This document shows positions 16,963 to 24,463 of a stretch of DNA of 32,000 nucleotides, one piece after another. Source of the DNA: Candidatus Saccharimonadota bacterium. Lineage in GTDB: Bacteria; Patescibacteriota; Saccharimonadia; Saccharimonadales; Saccharimonadaceae. Location: positions 240,001-272,000 of the forward strand of contig CP011211.1 of NCBI GenBank assembly GCA_001029695.1, in the 5' to 3' direction. Under the pieces are notes generated by a model. That model worked only from the letters and a program-made list of their open reading frames with translations. It was not told where the DNA came from and ran no database searches. The position numbers and the translations under genes were made by a program. Numbering within the stretch: position 1 is the stretch's first letter; each line of letters opens with the position of its first letter.

Positions 16963-18504
16963 ATGAACAAGCGCGAACTCCTCAACTACGCAAAGGATTT
17001 CTATGAAGAAGATCAACTTCTTGAGCTCGACCATGCAATCGAATACGCCAAAAAAGCCCACACTGGTCAAAAACGAAAAAGTGGCGAGCCATACATCATC
17101 CATCCGCTTGCCGTTGCCTACACTCTAGTAGACTGGGGTATGGATATCGACACCGTTCTTGCTGGAGTGCTCCACGACACCGTAGAAGACACCGATGCCA
17201 CCCTTGAGGAGATCGAAAATCTATTCGGTCGCGATGTAGCTTTTCTCGTGGACGGCGTCACGAAAGTATCACAGGCCAGAGCAGGCATGCGAGATCTCAA
17301 TAGCTATCTCCCCCAGACAAAAGACAACCTATCAAAGCTACTGATTGCCGTTGGTCAAGACGTCCGCGTCATTATCATTAAACTGGCCGATCGCCTACAT
17401 AATATGTCGACTTTGCAGCACATGAAGCCCGAAAAACAGATAAAAATTGCTCGTGAGTCGCTTGAAGTTTTCGCACCTATGGCAGATAGATTAGGTATGG
17501 GTCGTGTACGCATGCAGATCGAAGAGCTCGCCTTTAGTTATCTCGACCCAGCAGAATTCAAACATCTACAGTCAGTCATGAAGAAACGACTCGGCAAGAG
17601 CACAAGAAAGCTCGGAGTTGTACGCACAGAAGTCGAAAGAGAGCTCGCAAAGCATAATATCAATGTTGAAATAAATGGTCGTGTTAAGAGTATCTACAGT
17701 CTCTATAAAAAACTCGTCAAACTCCAAGGCAACATTGATGATGTCTATGATCTCATGGCGCTACGCATTATCGTGGACAACAACGAAGACTGTTACCGCG
17801 TACTCGGTATCCTTCATTCAATGTACCAGCCAATGATATCTCGCATTAAAGACTACATCGCCGTACCAAAGCCAAATGGCTATCAGAGTCTCCATACTAC
17901 AGTACTTACACCAAACAAACAGATCGTAGAGTTTCAGATTCGCACACAGGAAATGCACGACTACGCCGAACGCGGTCTCGCTGCTAGTTTTCATTACCAT
18001 GAACAAAAAAGCAGTAAAGACTACACGAGGAAAAAAGGTAGCTCAAGTACTCTACCTGCTCAGCTTCAATGGATTACTCAACTTCAGGAAATTGCTAGTC
18101 GACTCGGTGAGGATGAAGAAATCAGCCGCGATCAACTCAATATAGATCTTTTTGGCAACCGTATCTTCGTCTACTCCCCAAAAGGTGACATCTATAATCT
18201 CCCCGAAGGTGCACTGCCGCTAGATTTTGCGTACCTCGTACATAGCGACATAGCTCGCCACGCCTATAGTTTCCGGGTCAATGGCATGATACACGCTTTC
18301 GACAAGCCACTTCAAAATGGTGATGTCGTCGAAGTTGTTACACGTAAGCTGTCATCCCCAAAGCAAGCCTGGCAAGAGCTTGTTACTACCAGTCATGCTC
18401 GTGCAAAACTACGCATGCAACTACGCAAGCTAGGACTCGTCGAGAGCATCAGCAGTGCTGCTGCGATTATTCGCGACAAAGCTTCTCGAAAGCAAAAATC
18501 ATAG
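16963..18504 (+). CDS. rel: Bifunctional (p)ppGpp synthetase/hydrolase, RelA/SpoT homologue ending shortly after the TGS domain (513 aa)
   Basis: HD hydrolase motif (HPLAV...GVLHDTVEDT), synthetase motifs (RVKSIYSLYKKL, DLMALRIIV, GYQSLHTTV, EFQIRTQEMH) and a TGS domain (IFVYSPKGDIYNLPEGALPLDFAY...GDVVEVVT). Only ~53 aa follow TGS. Confidence 0.93.
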   Translation: MNKRELLNYAKDFYEEDQLLELDHAIEYAKKAHTGQKRKSGEPYIIHPLAVAYTLVDWGMDIDTVLAGVLHDTVEDTDATLEEIENLFGRDVAFLVDGVTKVSQARAGMRDLNSYLPQTKDNLSKLLIAVGQDVRVIIIKLADRLHNMSTLQHMKPEKQIKIARESLEVFAPMADRLGMGRVRMQIEELAFSYLDPAEFKHLQSVMKKRLGKSTRKLGVVRTEVERELAKHNINVEINGRVKSIYSLYKKLVKLQGNIDDVYDLMALRIIVDNNEDCYRVLGILHSMYQPMISRIKDYIAVPKPNGYQSLHTTVLTPNKQIVEFQIRTQEMHDYAERGLAASFHYHEQKSSKDYTRKKGSSSTLPAQLQWITQLQEIASRLGEDEEISRDQLNIDLFGNRIFVYSPKGDIYNLPEGALPLDFAYLVHSDIARHAYSFRVNGMIHAFDKPLQNGDVVEVVTRKLSSPKQAWQELVTTSHARAKLRMQLRKLGLVESISSAAAIIRDKASRKQKS

Positions 18505-18505
18505 A

Positions 18506-18534
18506 TTGTATTATATAGTTTTTTATGCTATAAT
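18506..18534 (+). promoter_or_regulatory. Candidate promoter TTGTAT-17-TGcTATAAT
   Basis: -35-like TTGTAT (18506-18511), 17-nt spacer, extended -10 TGcTATAAT (18526-18534), immediately after the rel stop. Confidence 0.5.
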
Positions 18535-18597
18535 ATAGGTATACGTACTCATACCGAGTATCGTTCTTTTCATCCGAAGAGGAAGCGACACCCCTCC

Positions 18598-18924
18598 ATG
18601 GCAATGACAAAAACACTGAATGCTCACCTCTACGTTGTCGGTAATGAGACGCGAGTACTTTTTCTGCTCGATGAAGATTCAATCTTGCGAGTACAAGACT
18701 ACTTCGCAGAACCGCTCTCTCCGACAGGAATGATTAGAGTTGAAGATGGTTTCGTCGACGAGCATATTAGAGCGGGAACAATCACGAAGCTTCGCAAGCA
18801 ACTAGAAAGAAGCGCCGCGGGCACTTGTATGCCTTCGCCATACATCAGCTACACACTTTGGGTGGCGAGCGAAGAGCATTGGCCAAAGCCAGACAATACA
18901 CACATGATCATTATCACCCTCTAG
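18598..18924 (+). CDS. Hypothetical protein, 108 aa
   Basis: The ORF follows a good promoter and is preceded by purine-rich GAAGAGGAAG. No recognisable motif. Confidence 0.5.
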   Translation: MAMTKTLNAHLYVVGNETRVLFLLDEDSILRVQDYFAEPLSPTGMIRVEDGFVDEHIRAGTITKLRKQLERSAAGTCMPSPYISYTLWVASEEHWPKPDNTHMIIITL

Positions 18925-18937
18925 CATGGAGAGTATC

Positions 18938-19066
18938 ATGAAGCAATTTGCAGCAAACACCATGAAGCGATTCATGGCAGGTGTAGGACCGTGGATTCTC
19001 TTAGTAGTAGTACTCGGTCTAGTCATAATCGCAGGATGCTTCTTCCAACCATTTCCTTCAAGCTAA
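18938..19066 (+). CDS. Unannotated small membrane peptide, 42 aa (MKQFAANTMKRFMAGVGPWILLVVVLGLVIIAGCFFQPFPSS)
   Basis: ATG 18938 has GGAGAG 4 nt upstream. One clear TM helix. Stop TAA at 19064-19066, then a terminator hairpin 13 nt later. It falls below the ORF-track length cut-off. Confidence 0.45.
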   Translation: MKQFAANTMKRFMAGVGPWILLVVVLGLVIIAGCFFQPFPSS

Positions 19067-19078
19067 TCGGATGAAAAG

Positions 19079-19114
19079 ACCCGGCCGCTCACTATGAGCG
19101 TCCGGGTTATTTTC
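19079..19114. terminator. Bidirectional rho-independent terminator between convergent genes
   Basis: ACCCGGCCGCTC / ACTAT loop / GAGCGTCCGGGT (one C-T mismatch), flanked by AAAAG upstream and TTATTTT downstream. It lies between the smORF (+) and ppa (-). Confidence 0.65.
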
Positions 19115-19128
19115 ATTTTAACAGTACG

Positions 19129-19665
19129 TTACTTTGTACGATTATTCCAGCGTTCAATAGATTCGTGGATCACCTCTTTTGCCTCTGCGATGTCACCCCA
19201 GTGCTCAACTGTCGTTGTGCCTGGCTTCTTGAGGTCCTTGTAGTGGTTAAAGTGGTACTCGATCTGTGCAAGCTTCTGCTTCGGGAGATCAGCCAGTGAA
19301 GTAATTGCATTGCCCGTACTTCGGTCATCTGCAGGTACGACAACAATCTTATCGTCCACCTCACCATCGTCGGTGAACTTCATGACACCGATAACACGAG
19401 CTTCAAGGAAGATACCTGTTGGAAGTGGCTCGTCTGTGATAATCAATGCATCCAACTCATCGCCGTCCTCATCAAGCGTCTGCGGGATAAAACCATAGTT
19501 TGTTGGCTTTGCGAAAATCGCTGGCTCCACACGATCAAGCTGCATCACTGCAAGTTCACGGTTCCACTCGACTTTATGACTGCTACCAGCCGGAATTTCT
19601 ATGACAACATTGACGATGCCATCGTCGACATTGCCAGGTGTTAGTACTTGGTTAAAATCTGCCAT
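19129..19665 (-). CDS. ppa: Family I inorganic pyrophosphatase (178 aa)
   Basis: VVIEIPAGS, YGFIPQT, DGDELDAL and DDGEVDDKIV motifs. AGGAG SD lies 10 nt upstream of ATG 19665. The longer ORF-track start would overlap the GDPD promoter region. Confidence 0.95.
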   Translation of the reverse strand: MADFNQVLTPGNVDDGIVNVVIEIPAGSSHKVEWNRELAVMQLDRVEPAIFAKPTNYGFIPQTLDEDGDELDALIITDEPLPTGIFLEARVIGVMKFTDDGEVDDKIVVVPADDRSTGNAITSLADLPKQKLAQIEYHFNHYKDLKKPGTTTVEHWGDIAEAKEVIHESIERWNNRTK

Positions 19666-19709
19666 TTCAGGTATACTCCTTTTCTTATCTCTTACAAGTG
19701 TACCAAATC

Positions 19710-19718
19710 TGTTATGAT
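19710..19718 (+). promoter_or_regulatory. Candidate extended -10 (TGtTATGAT) for the GDPD gene
   Basis: 10 nt upstream of ATG 19729. It contains the alternative ATG 19714, which argues against that start. Confidence 0.4.
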
Positions 19719-19728
19719 AAGAGCAACG

Positions 19729-20427
19729 ATGCTTATTATTGGTCACCGCGGTGCGGCTGGACTAGCGCCAGAAAATACACTCGAAGCACTGCGCGCAGGC
19801 GTAGAGGCAGACGCTGATATACTCGAATTTGACATACGTCTTACGAAAGATCTTATCCCCGTCTTGATCCATGATGCAACCACAATGCGTACACATCATA
19901 AACGACTCACTGTCGCAAAACATACTTATGCAGAACTCACTGAGTTTGTCGGTCCACTCACTACACTAGAGGATGTTCTTGATGAATTTTTCGGTCAGAT
20001 CCTACTTAATATCGAACTAAAAAGTAAAGGGTCCGGGCAAGTAGTTGCGACTCTTTTAAAAAATAAATACATATATAAAAACTCCGACTGGGATGCCGTG
20101 CTTTTATCGTCATTCAAGGGCAAGGAGCTGAGTGCTGTGCGATCTGTCAGCCAACGAGCAAATCTCGCTGTGCTACACGATCAGAATCCTTTTATCTTTA
20201 TAGCGTACCAGCGTCGACTCCACCTTACTGCAGTCGGCTTCCATCGTCTATATGTTAATCAGTTCGCCCTAGAGATCGCAAAGAAGACAGGCCTATTCGC
20301 CTACGCATATACTGTTGATCGTCCACGAACTGCTGAGATTTTACAGCAAAAGGGTATCGACGCCGTAGTAACAAATCGCCCAGATGTAGTATCTGAGCGA
20401 TTCAACCGGCTACGTATCGAGTCTTAG
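19729..20427 (+). CDS. Glycerophosphodiester phosphodiesterase family protein (232 aa)
   Basis: N-terminal IIGHRGAAGLAPENTLEAL and LEFDIRLTKD (GDPD catalytic His/Arg/Glu/Asp layout). Confidence 0.88.
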   Translation: MLIIGHRGAAGLAPENTLEALRAGVEADADILEFDIRLTKDLIPVLIHDATTMRTHHKRLTVAKHTYAELTEFVGPLTTLEDVLDEFFGQILLNIELKSKGSGQVVATLLKNKYIYKNSDWDAVLLSSFKGKELSAVRSVSQRANLAVLHDQNPFIFIAYQRRLHLTAVGFHRLYVNQFALEIAKKTGLFAYAYTVDRPRTAEILQQKGIDAVVTNRPDVVSERFNRLRIES

Positions 20428-20455
20428 GAAGATTCGCGGAGTTACCGTCTTCAAC

Positions 20456-21424
20456 CTATAGTGATGCAGCAAGACTAGGAGCAGCTTCCGCGTGCTTCAT
20501 TCCATCGAGATGCTCTCGTATTGCAAGTGCTGCAGTTGCGCCTTCGCCAACTGCGCTTGCGATCTGCATAGTCGCACCACTTCGAACATCCCCGCTCGCA
20601 AATACGCCAGGCACTGAAGTCTCGAGATGTTGGTCTGTTTTTACAAGCCCCTGTTCATCTAGCTCAACACCACTTCCAGCAAGAAACTGTGTATTTGGCT
20701 TGAGTCCTACAAAAATAAACACACCATCAGTAGCAAATGATATCGATTCTTCACCTCTCGTTGCTTCAACTGACGTCACCTTGTTTTCAGTCACCTTAAT
20801 CTCTTGAGGTGTAGTGCCAAGATGAACGGTGATCTTACCCTCGTCAACAAACTTCTGAAGCTCCTGCTGCAGTACCTCGCTCGCTTTTACCGTGCTTCGC
20901 ACCAAAAGATCAATATGTGTCGTAAAGCGTGTCAAAAAGATAGCTTCCTGCACAGCAGAGTTCCCACCACCTACAACGACAAGACGCTTTTCACGATAAA
21001 ACGCGCCATCACAGGTTGCACAGTAATGAACACCGCGACCGTAGTATTCTTTTTCACCAGGAATACCAATCTTATTGTAATCACTTCCCGTGGCGATAAG
21101 AACCGTCTTTGCTTTTACTTCAGCACCATCAACGACAAGAGTCTTATGCGTTCCGTCATCTCGTAGCGACTGCACCTCGCCGTATTCGATCACTGCGCCA
21201 AAACGCTCAGCCTGCTTCTCGAGCTGACCAGCTAGCGTGAGACCCTCAATACCATCGGGAAAGCCTGGGTAGTTGTCGACTTTATCAGTAATCGCTGCAA
21301 GCCCGCCAACAACGCCCTTTTCGTAAAGAACTGTTTCTATGTCTTCTCGTGTCGTGTATACCGCCGCAGCAAGTGCACTCGGCCCACTTCCTACCATTAC
21401 CGTATCATGAATTATATCGCTCAT
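20456..21424 (-). CDS. trxB: Thioredoxin-disulfide reductase
   Basis: 322 aa. GSGPSALAAAVY FAD motif, CATCDG redox-active disulfide, GGGNSAVQEA NADPH motif. Confidence 0.95.
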   Translation of the reverse strand: MSDIIHDTVMVGSGPSALAAAVYTTREDIETVLYEKGVVGGLAAITDKVDNYPGFPDGIEGLTLAGQLEKQAERFGAVIEYGEVQSLRDDGTHKTLVVDGAEVKAKTVLIATGSDYNKIGIPGEKEYYGRGVHYCATCDGAFYREKRLVVVGGGNSAVQEAIFLTRFTTHIDLLVRSTVKASEVLQQELQKFVDEGKITVHLGTTPQEIKVTENKVTSVEATRGEESISFATDGVFIFVGLKPNTQFLAGSGVELDEQGLVKTDQHLETSVPGVFASGDVRSGATMQIASAVGEGATAALAIREHLDGMKHAEAAPSLAASL

Positions 21425-21459
21425 TGTTGAATCCTTATTAATACTATATAAAGTATAGC

Positions 21460-22080
21460 TTATTGCTGTGCGCTTGAAAAGTCTGGCATCTTTATAGCTT
21501 CTGGTTTTGGAATGATAAACACTACAAATTTAATTGGAGTGTTTGCTGGGATGTCTTCGCCACTTCCTTTTTCACCATACGCTTTTGCTGCTGGGATTGA
21601 GATTTCACGAGCTCCACCGACTTTCATGCCAACGACACCTTCATTCCAACCCTCAATAAGGTTTCCGCCTTCGATTGGCGCCTTGAGTTTATCGCCATCG
21701 ATCGACTGATCAAAGACCTTGCCACTTGGGTTCCACCCAATATAATATGCGCTATACGCTGTACCCTCTTTAATCTCTTCGCCGTCACCAACAACTAAGT
21801 CTTCTTTGCCAACTTCGGTAATAGACGCTGCATCAAATGGCGCAACACGTGAAGCAAACGGGCTAAACGTCGCAAAGTACTTCGTAGAGAGCTCCGTTGC
21901 TTGGGCTGCGACCTTTTCCTGATACTCTTGATACTGCTGCATCAACTCCTGCTGAGACGCCTGGTCTTTACGATTATTATCATTTGCAAGGATTACCACA
22001 AAAAATGATCCAATCGTTCCGATTGTCATAACTACTGCAATTACCCATATACCAATTCGTTGACTTTTACTTGCTGCCAC
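21460..22080 (-). CDS. Membrane-anchored FKBP-type peptidyl-prolyl cis-trans isomerase
   Basis: GTG start with GGGAGAG SD. N-terminal TM segment (IGIWVIAVVMTIGTIGSFFVVIL). The C-terminal FKBP domain reads YYIGW..GKVFDQS...IEGWNEGVVGMKVGGAREISIP. Confidence 0.9.
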   Translation of the reverse strand: MAASKSQRIGIWVIAVVMTIGTIGSFFVVILANDNNRKDQASQQELMQQYQEYQEKVAAQATELSTKYFATFSPFASRVAPFDAASITEVGKEDLVVGDGEEIKEGTAYSAYYIGWNPSGKVFDQSIDGDKLKAPIEGGNLIEGWNEGVVGMKVGGAREISIPAAKAYGEKGSGEDIPANTPIKFVVFIIPKPEAIKMPDFSSAQQ

Positions 22081-22130
22081 TACCGCTCTCCCTATTCTTT
22101 CGTGCTGAAATGCTACTAAATACTTTGACT

Positions 22131-22139
22131 ATTATAGCA
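22131..22139 (-). promoter_or_regulatory. Candidate extended -10 (TGcTATAAT) for the FKBP gene (leadered, ~45-nt UTR with SD)
   Basis: Perfect TGnTATAAT on the minus strand, just after the ABC transporter stop. Confidence 0.45.
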
Positions 22140-22142
22140 AAC

Positions 22143-23924
22143 TTATGACGCTATATCGTAGGAACGTAGTTTCTTTTTTGCCGTCTCGGTCGTACCTGTC
22201 TGCAACTTTAATAGTTGAGCATATATACCGTTAGTCTTTGAAAGCTCAGCTGGCGAACCTTGTTCGTCGACATGGCCGTTTTTTATCGTCACAATCTTAT
22301 CAACATGCGCAATCGTACTAAGCCTATGCGCGATAATGAGTGTCGTTCGTCCCTTCATAAGACGATCGAGCGCCTCTTGCACAAGCTTCTCGGCGCGGCT
22401 ATCAAGACTGCTCGTCGCCTCATCGAGAATAAGGAGCGGTGCATCTTTGAGTGTCGCCCGTGCAATAGCGATACGCTGCTTTTGACCCCCACTTAGCTTC
22501 ATCCCGCGCTCACCAATCTCTGTGTCATAGCCATTCTCAAGTTTACTGATAAATTCATGAGCATTCGCTACTTTTGCCGCCTCCACTATAGCCTCGTGTG
22601 ATGCACGAGGATGTGCATATGCAATATTCTCACGAATTGTTCCGCTAAAAAGTGCCGGCTCCTGAAAAACAGTTGCGATATTTTCACGAAGACTTCGCTG
22701 CGTCACATGACCTATATCTACGCCGTCCACGGTGATCACGCCACTTTGAGGTTCGTATAGCCTCATCAAAAGGTTAGAAAGTGTCGTCTTACCTTCACCG
22801 CTCTCACCTACGAGGGCAACTTTCTCACCCGGTAAAAGCTTGAACGAAATGTCACTAAGAACAGGGTGCTTTTTACTATAGGCAAAAGAAACATTTTTAT
22901 ATTCGACTGCACCATTAGTGATGGTAATATTTCGCGCTCCACTACGATCAGTGATTTCTGGGTGAAGCTCCATGGCCGATACATAATCCTTACTTCCCGT
23001 AATAGCTTTTTGGAAACTATCAACGACAAAACTCATACTAAAAATAGGCATACGGAGCGCATTTACTAGTGTAATAAGTAGCACCATATCACCTATAGTA
23101 AAGTGTCGTTCAACTGTCTGAACGAATATATACGCAAAGATTGCAAAGAAAATCACACTGAGTACCATGCCGCGAGCGACATCCATATTATGCCAATATC
23201 GCGACTGCTTACGCGTAAGATCAATCGTCTTATGATATCTCACTCGGAAATGGCGATGCTCTAGCTTCTCCTGGACATAGCTTTTGACAACCTTCATCTG
23301 GGTAACAACTTCAGCAAATCGTCCGCTCGCTATATCAACTTCTTTATTTTTTGCAGTCTGCATACGTTGCCATTTTTTACTTGTGATTGCGGTGAGCCAC
23401 AAGAAAAGTGGATAGAGTATCAGTATCAGAAGCGCAAGTTCAATGCTATAAAAACACACAATTATGAGTGTCATAACTGTCGTAATAAGCATTTGGAAGA
23501 AGTTATTTGCGAAAATATTCAAGAAGTTGGTGACTTCATTGATGGCGCGATTGAGTCGATTGATGATCGTCCCAGTGAGTTCACCGTCGTAGTAGGATTG
23601 CGGAAGCTCCAGCAAGTGCTCGAAATACCGCGTGCTAAGCTGTGCTTTTAACTTTGCCGCCATCACATCGCCTAAATACCCACCCCAATTTCGAATAATC
23701 GTGTTTGCAACATCAAGAAATAGTAACGCGCCAGCTAGCCATAAAGCACCACTGACATTTGCTTCCCCGCCCTGGACTACCCGAACCATTAAATCAGTGG
23801 CCGAACTCAAGATAAATGGTACAGCAATCCCAGTCAACGCAACCAGCACGGATGCAATAGTGACGCCTAGGTAGTAAGGCCATATCCCTTTGGCATACCC
23901 CAATGTACTAAGTAATGGTTTCAT
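22143..23924 (-). CDS. ABC transporter, fused permease/ATP-binding exporter (MsbA-like)
   Basis: 593 aa. Six-TM N-terminal half. Walker A GESGEGKT, signature LSGGQKQR, Walker B LILDEATS. Confidence 0.95.
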   Translation of the reverse strand: MKPLLSTLGYAKGIWPYYLGVTIASVLVALTGIAVPFILSSATDLMVRVVQGGEANVSGALWLAGALLFLDVANTIIRNWGGYLGDVMAAKLKAQLSTRYFEHLLELPQSYYDGELTGTIINRLNRAINEVTNFLNIFANNFFQMLITTVMTLIIVCFYSIELALLILILYPLFLWLTAITSKKWQRMQTAKNKEVDIASGRFAEVVTQMKVVKSYVQEKLEHRHFRVRYHKTIDLTRKQSRYWHNMDVARGMVLSVIFFAIFAYIFVQTVERHFTIGDMVLLITLVNALRMPIFSMSFVVDSFQKAITGSKDYVSAMELHPEITDRSGARNITITNGAVEYKNVSFAYSKKHPVLSDISFKLLPGEKVALVGESGEGKTTLSNLLMRLYEPQSGVITVDGVDIGHVTQRSLRENIATVFQEPALFSGTIRENIAYAHPRASHEAIVEAAKVANAHEFISKLENGYDTEIGERGMKLSGGQKQRIAIARATLKDAPLLILDEATSSLDSRAEKLVQEALDRLMKGRTTLIIAHRLSTIAHVDKIVTIKNGHVDEQGSPAELSKTNGIYAQLLKLQTGTTETAKKKLRSYDIAS

Positions 23925-23951
23925 CTTTTATTTATTGTACCCTACTTTGAA

Positions 23952-24401
23952 CTAAATAATCGGATGAGCGCCCGATGATAGTAAGAATATAATCAGCACC
24001 GCTCCATATAGCCCTTCAAACACAAAACCTCGCTTTGTCTCAGACCACTGAATCTTTTGATGAAAAAGATAAAATGGCCTGAAGAATCGTTTTTCTCTCA
24101 ATGAGCCATTATGATAAAACGGCCACAACATATCTGGCAGAAACGCAAGCACTGCACACAGCCCAATTAAAAACCATTGGTCTGGAAAAAGTAGCATTGC
24201 GACAATCGTCACCGTCACCATTGTTATTGCCTCAACGATAAGATAGCCTCGAAACGTCTTCTTGCTCGCAATATCCATCAAAGAATGAGGGGTCATGTCG
24301 AGAATAAAGTGTGATAGAAAAGCAAGCGGCACGGCTAGTTCAGGTCGCTTAACGACAATAGCAATACTAATACCGGTGAGTGCGTGGTTTAATCCCGTCA
24401 T
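23952..24401 (-). CDS. Small polytopic membrane protein, possibly YdjM/DUF457-like metal-dependent hydrolase
   Basis: 149 aa from ATG 24401. Multiple TM segments. His/Asp-containing motifs LNHALTG, SHFILDMTPH and FLPDMLWPFYH resemble that family. The family call is weak. Confidence 0.6.
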   Translation of the reverse strand: MTGLNHALTGISIAIVVKRPELAVPLAFLSHFILDMTPHSLMDIASKKTFRGYLIVEAITMVTVTIVAMLLFPDQWFLIGLCAVLAFLPDMLWPFYHNGSLREKRFFRPFYLFHQKIQWSETKRGFVFEGLYGAVLIIFLLSSGAHPII

Positions 24402-24463
24402 ATCTTTAGTGTCGCACCTCAACTATGATAAGCATCTGAGGACATACTCTTATCAAGTTCAGA

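Noticed and set aside
23925-23951. TACAAT 9 nt upstream of the ABC transporter ATG, as another leaderless promoter
   Set aside because: There is no TGn extension, and the -35 position (CGATTA) falls inside the upstream gene with a poor match. Co-transcription with the upstream membrane-protein gene is equally likely, so it was not counted in the leaderless set.
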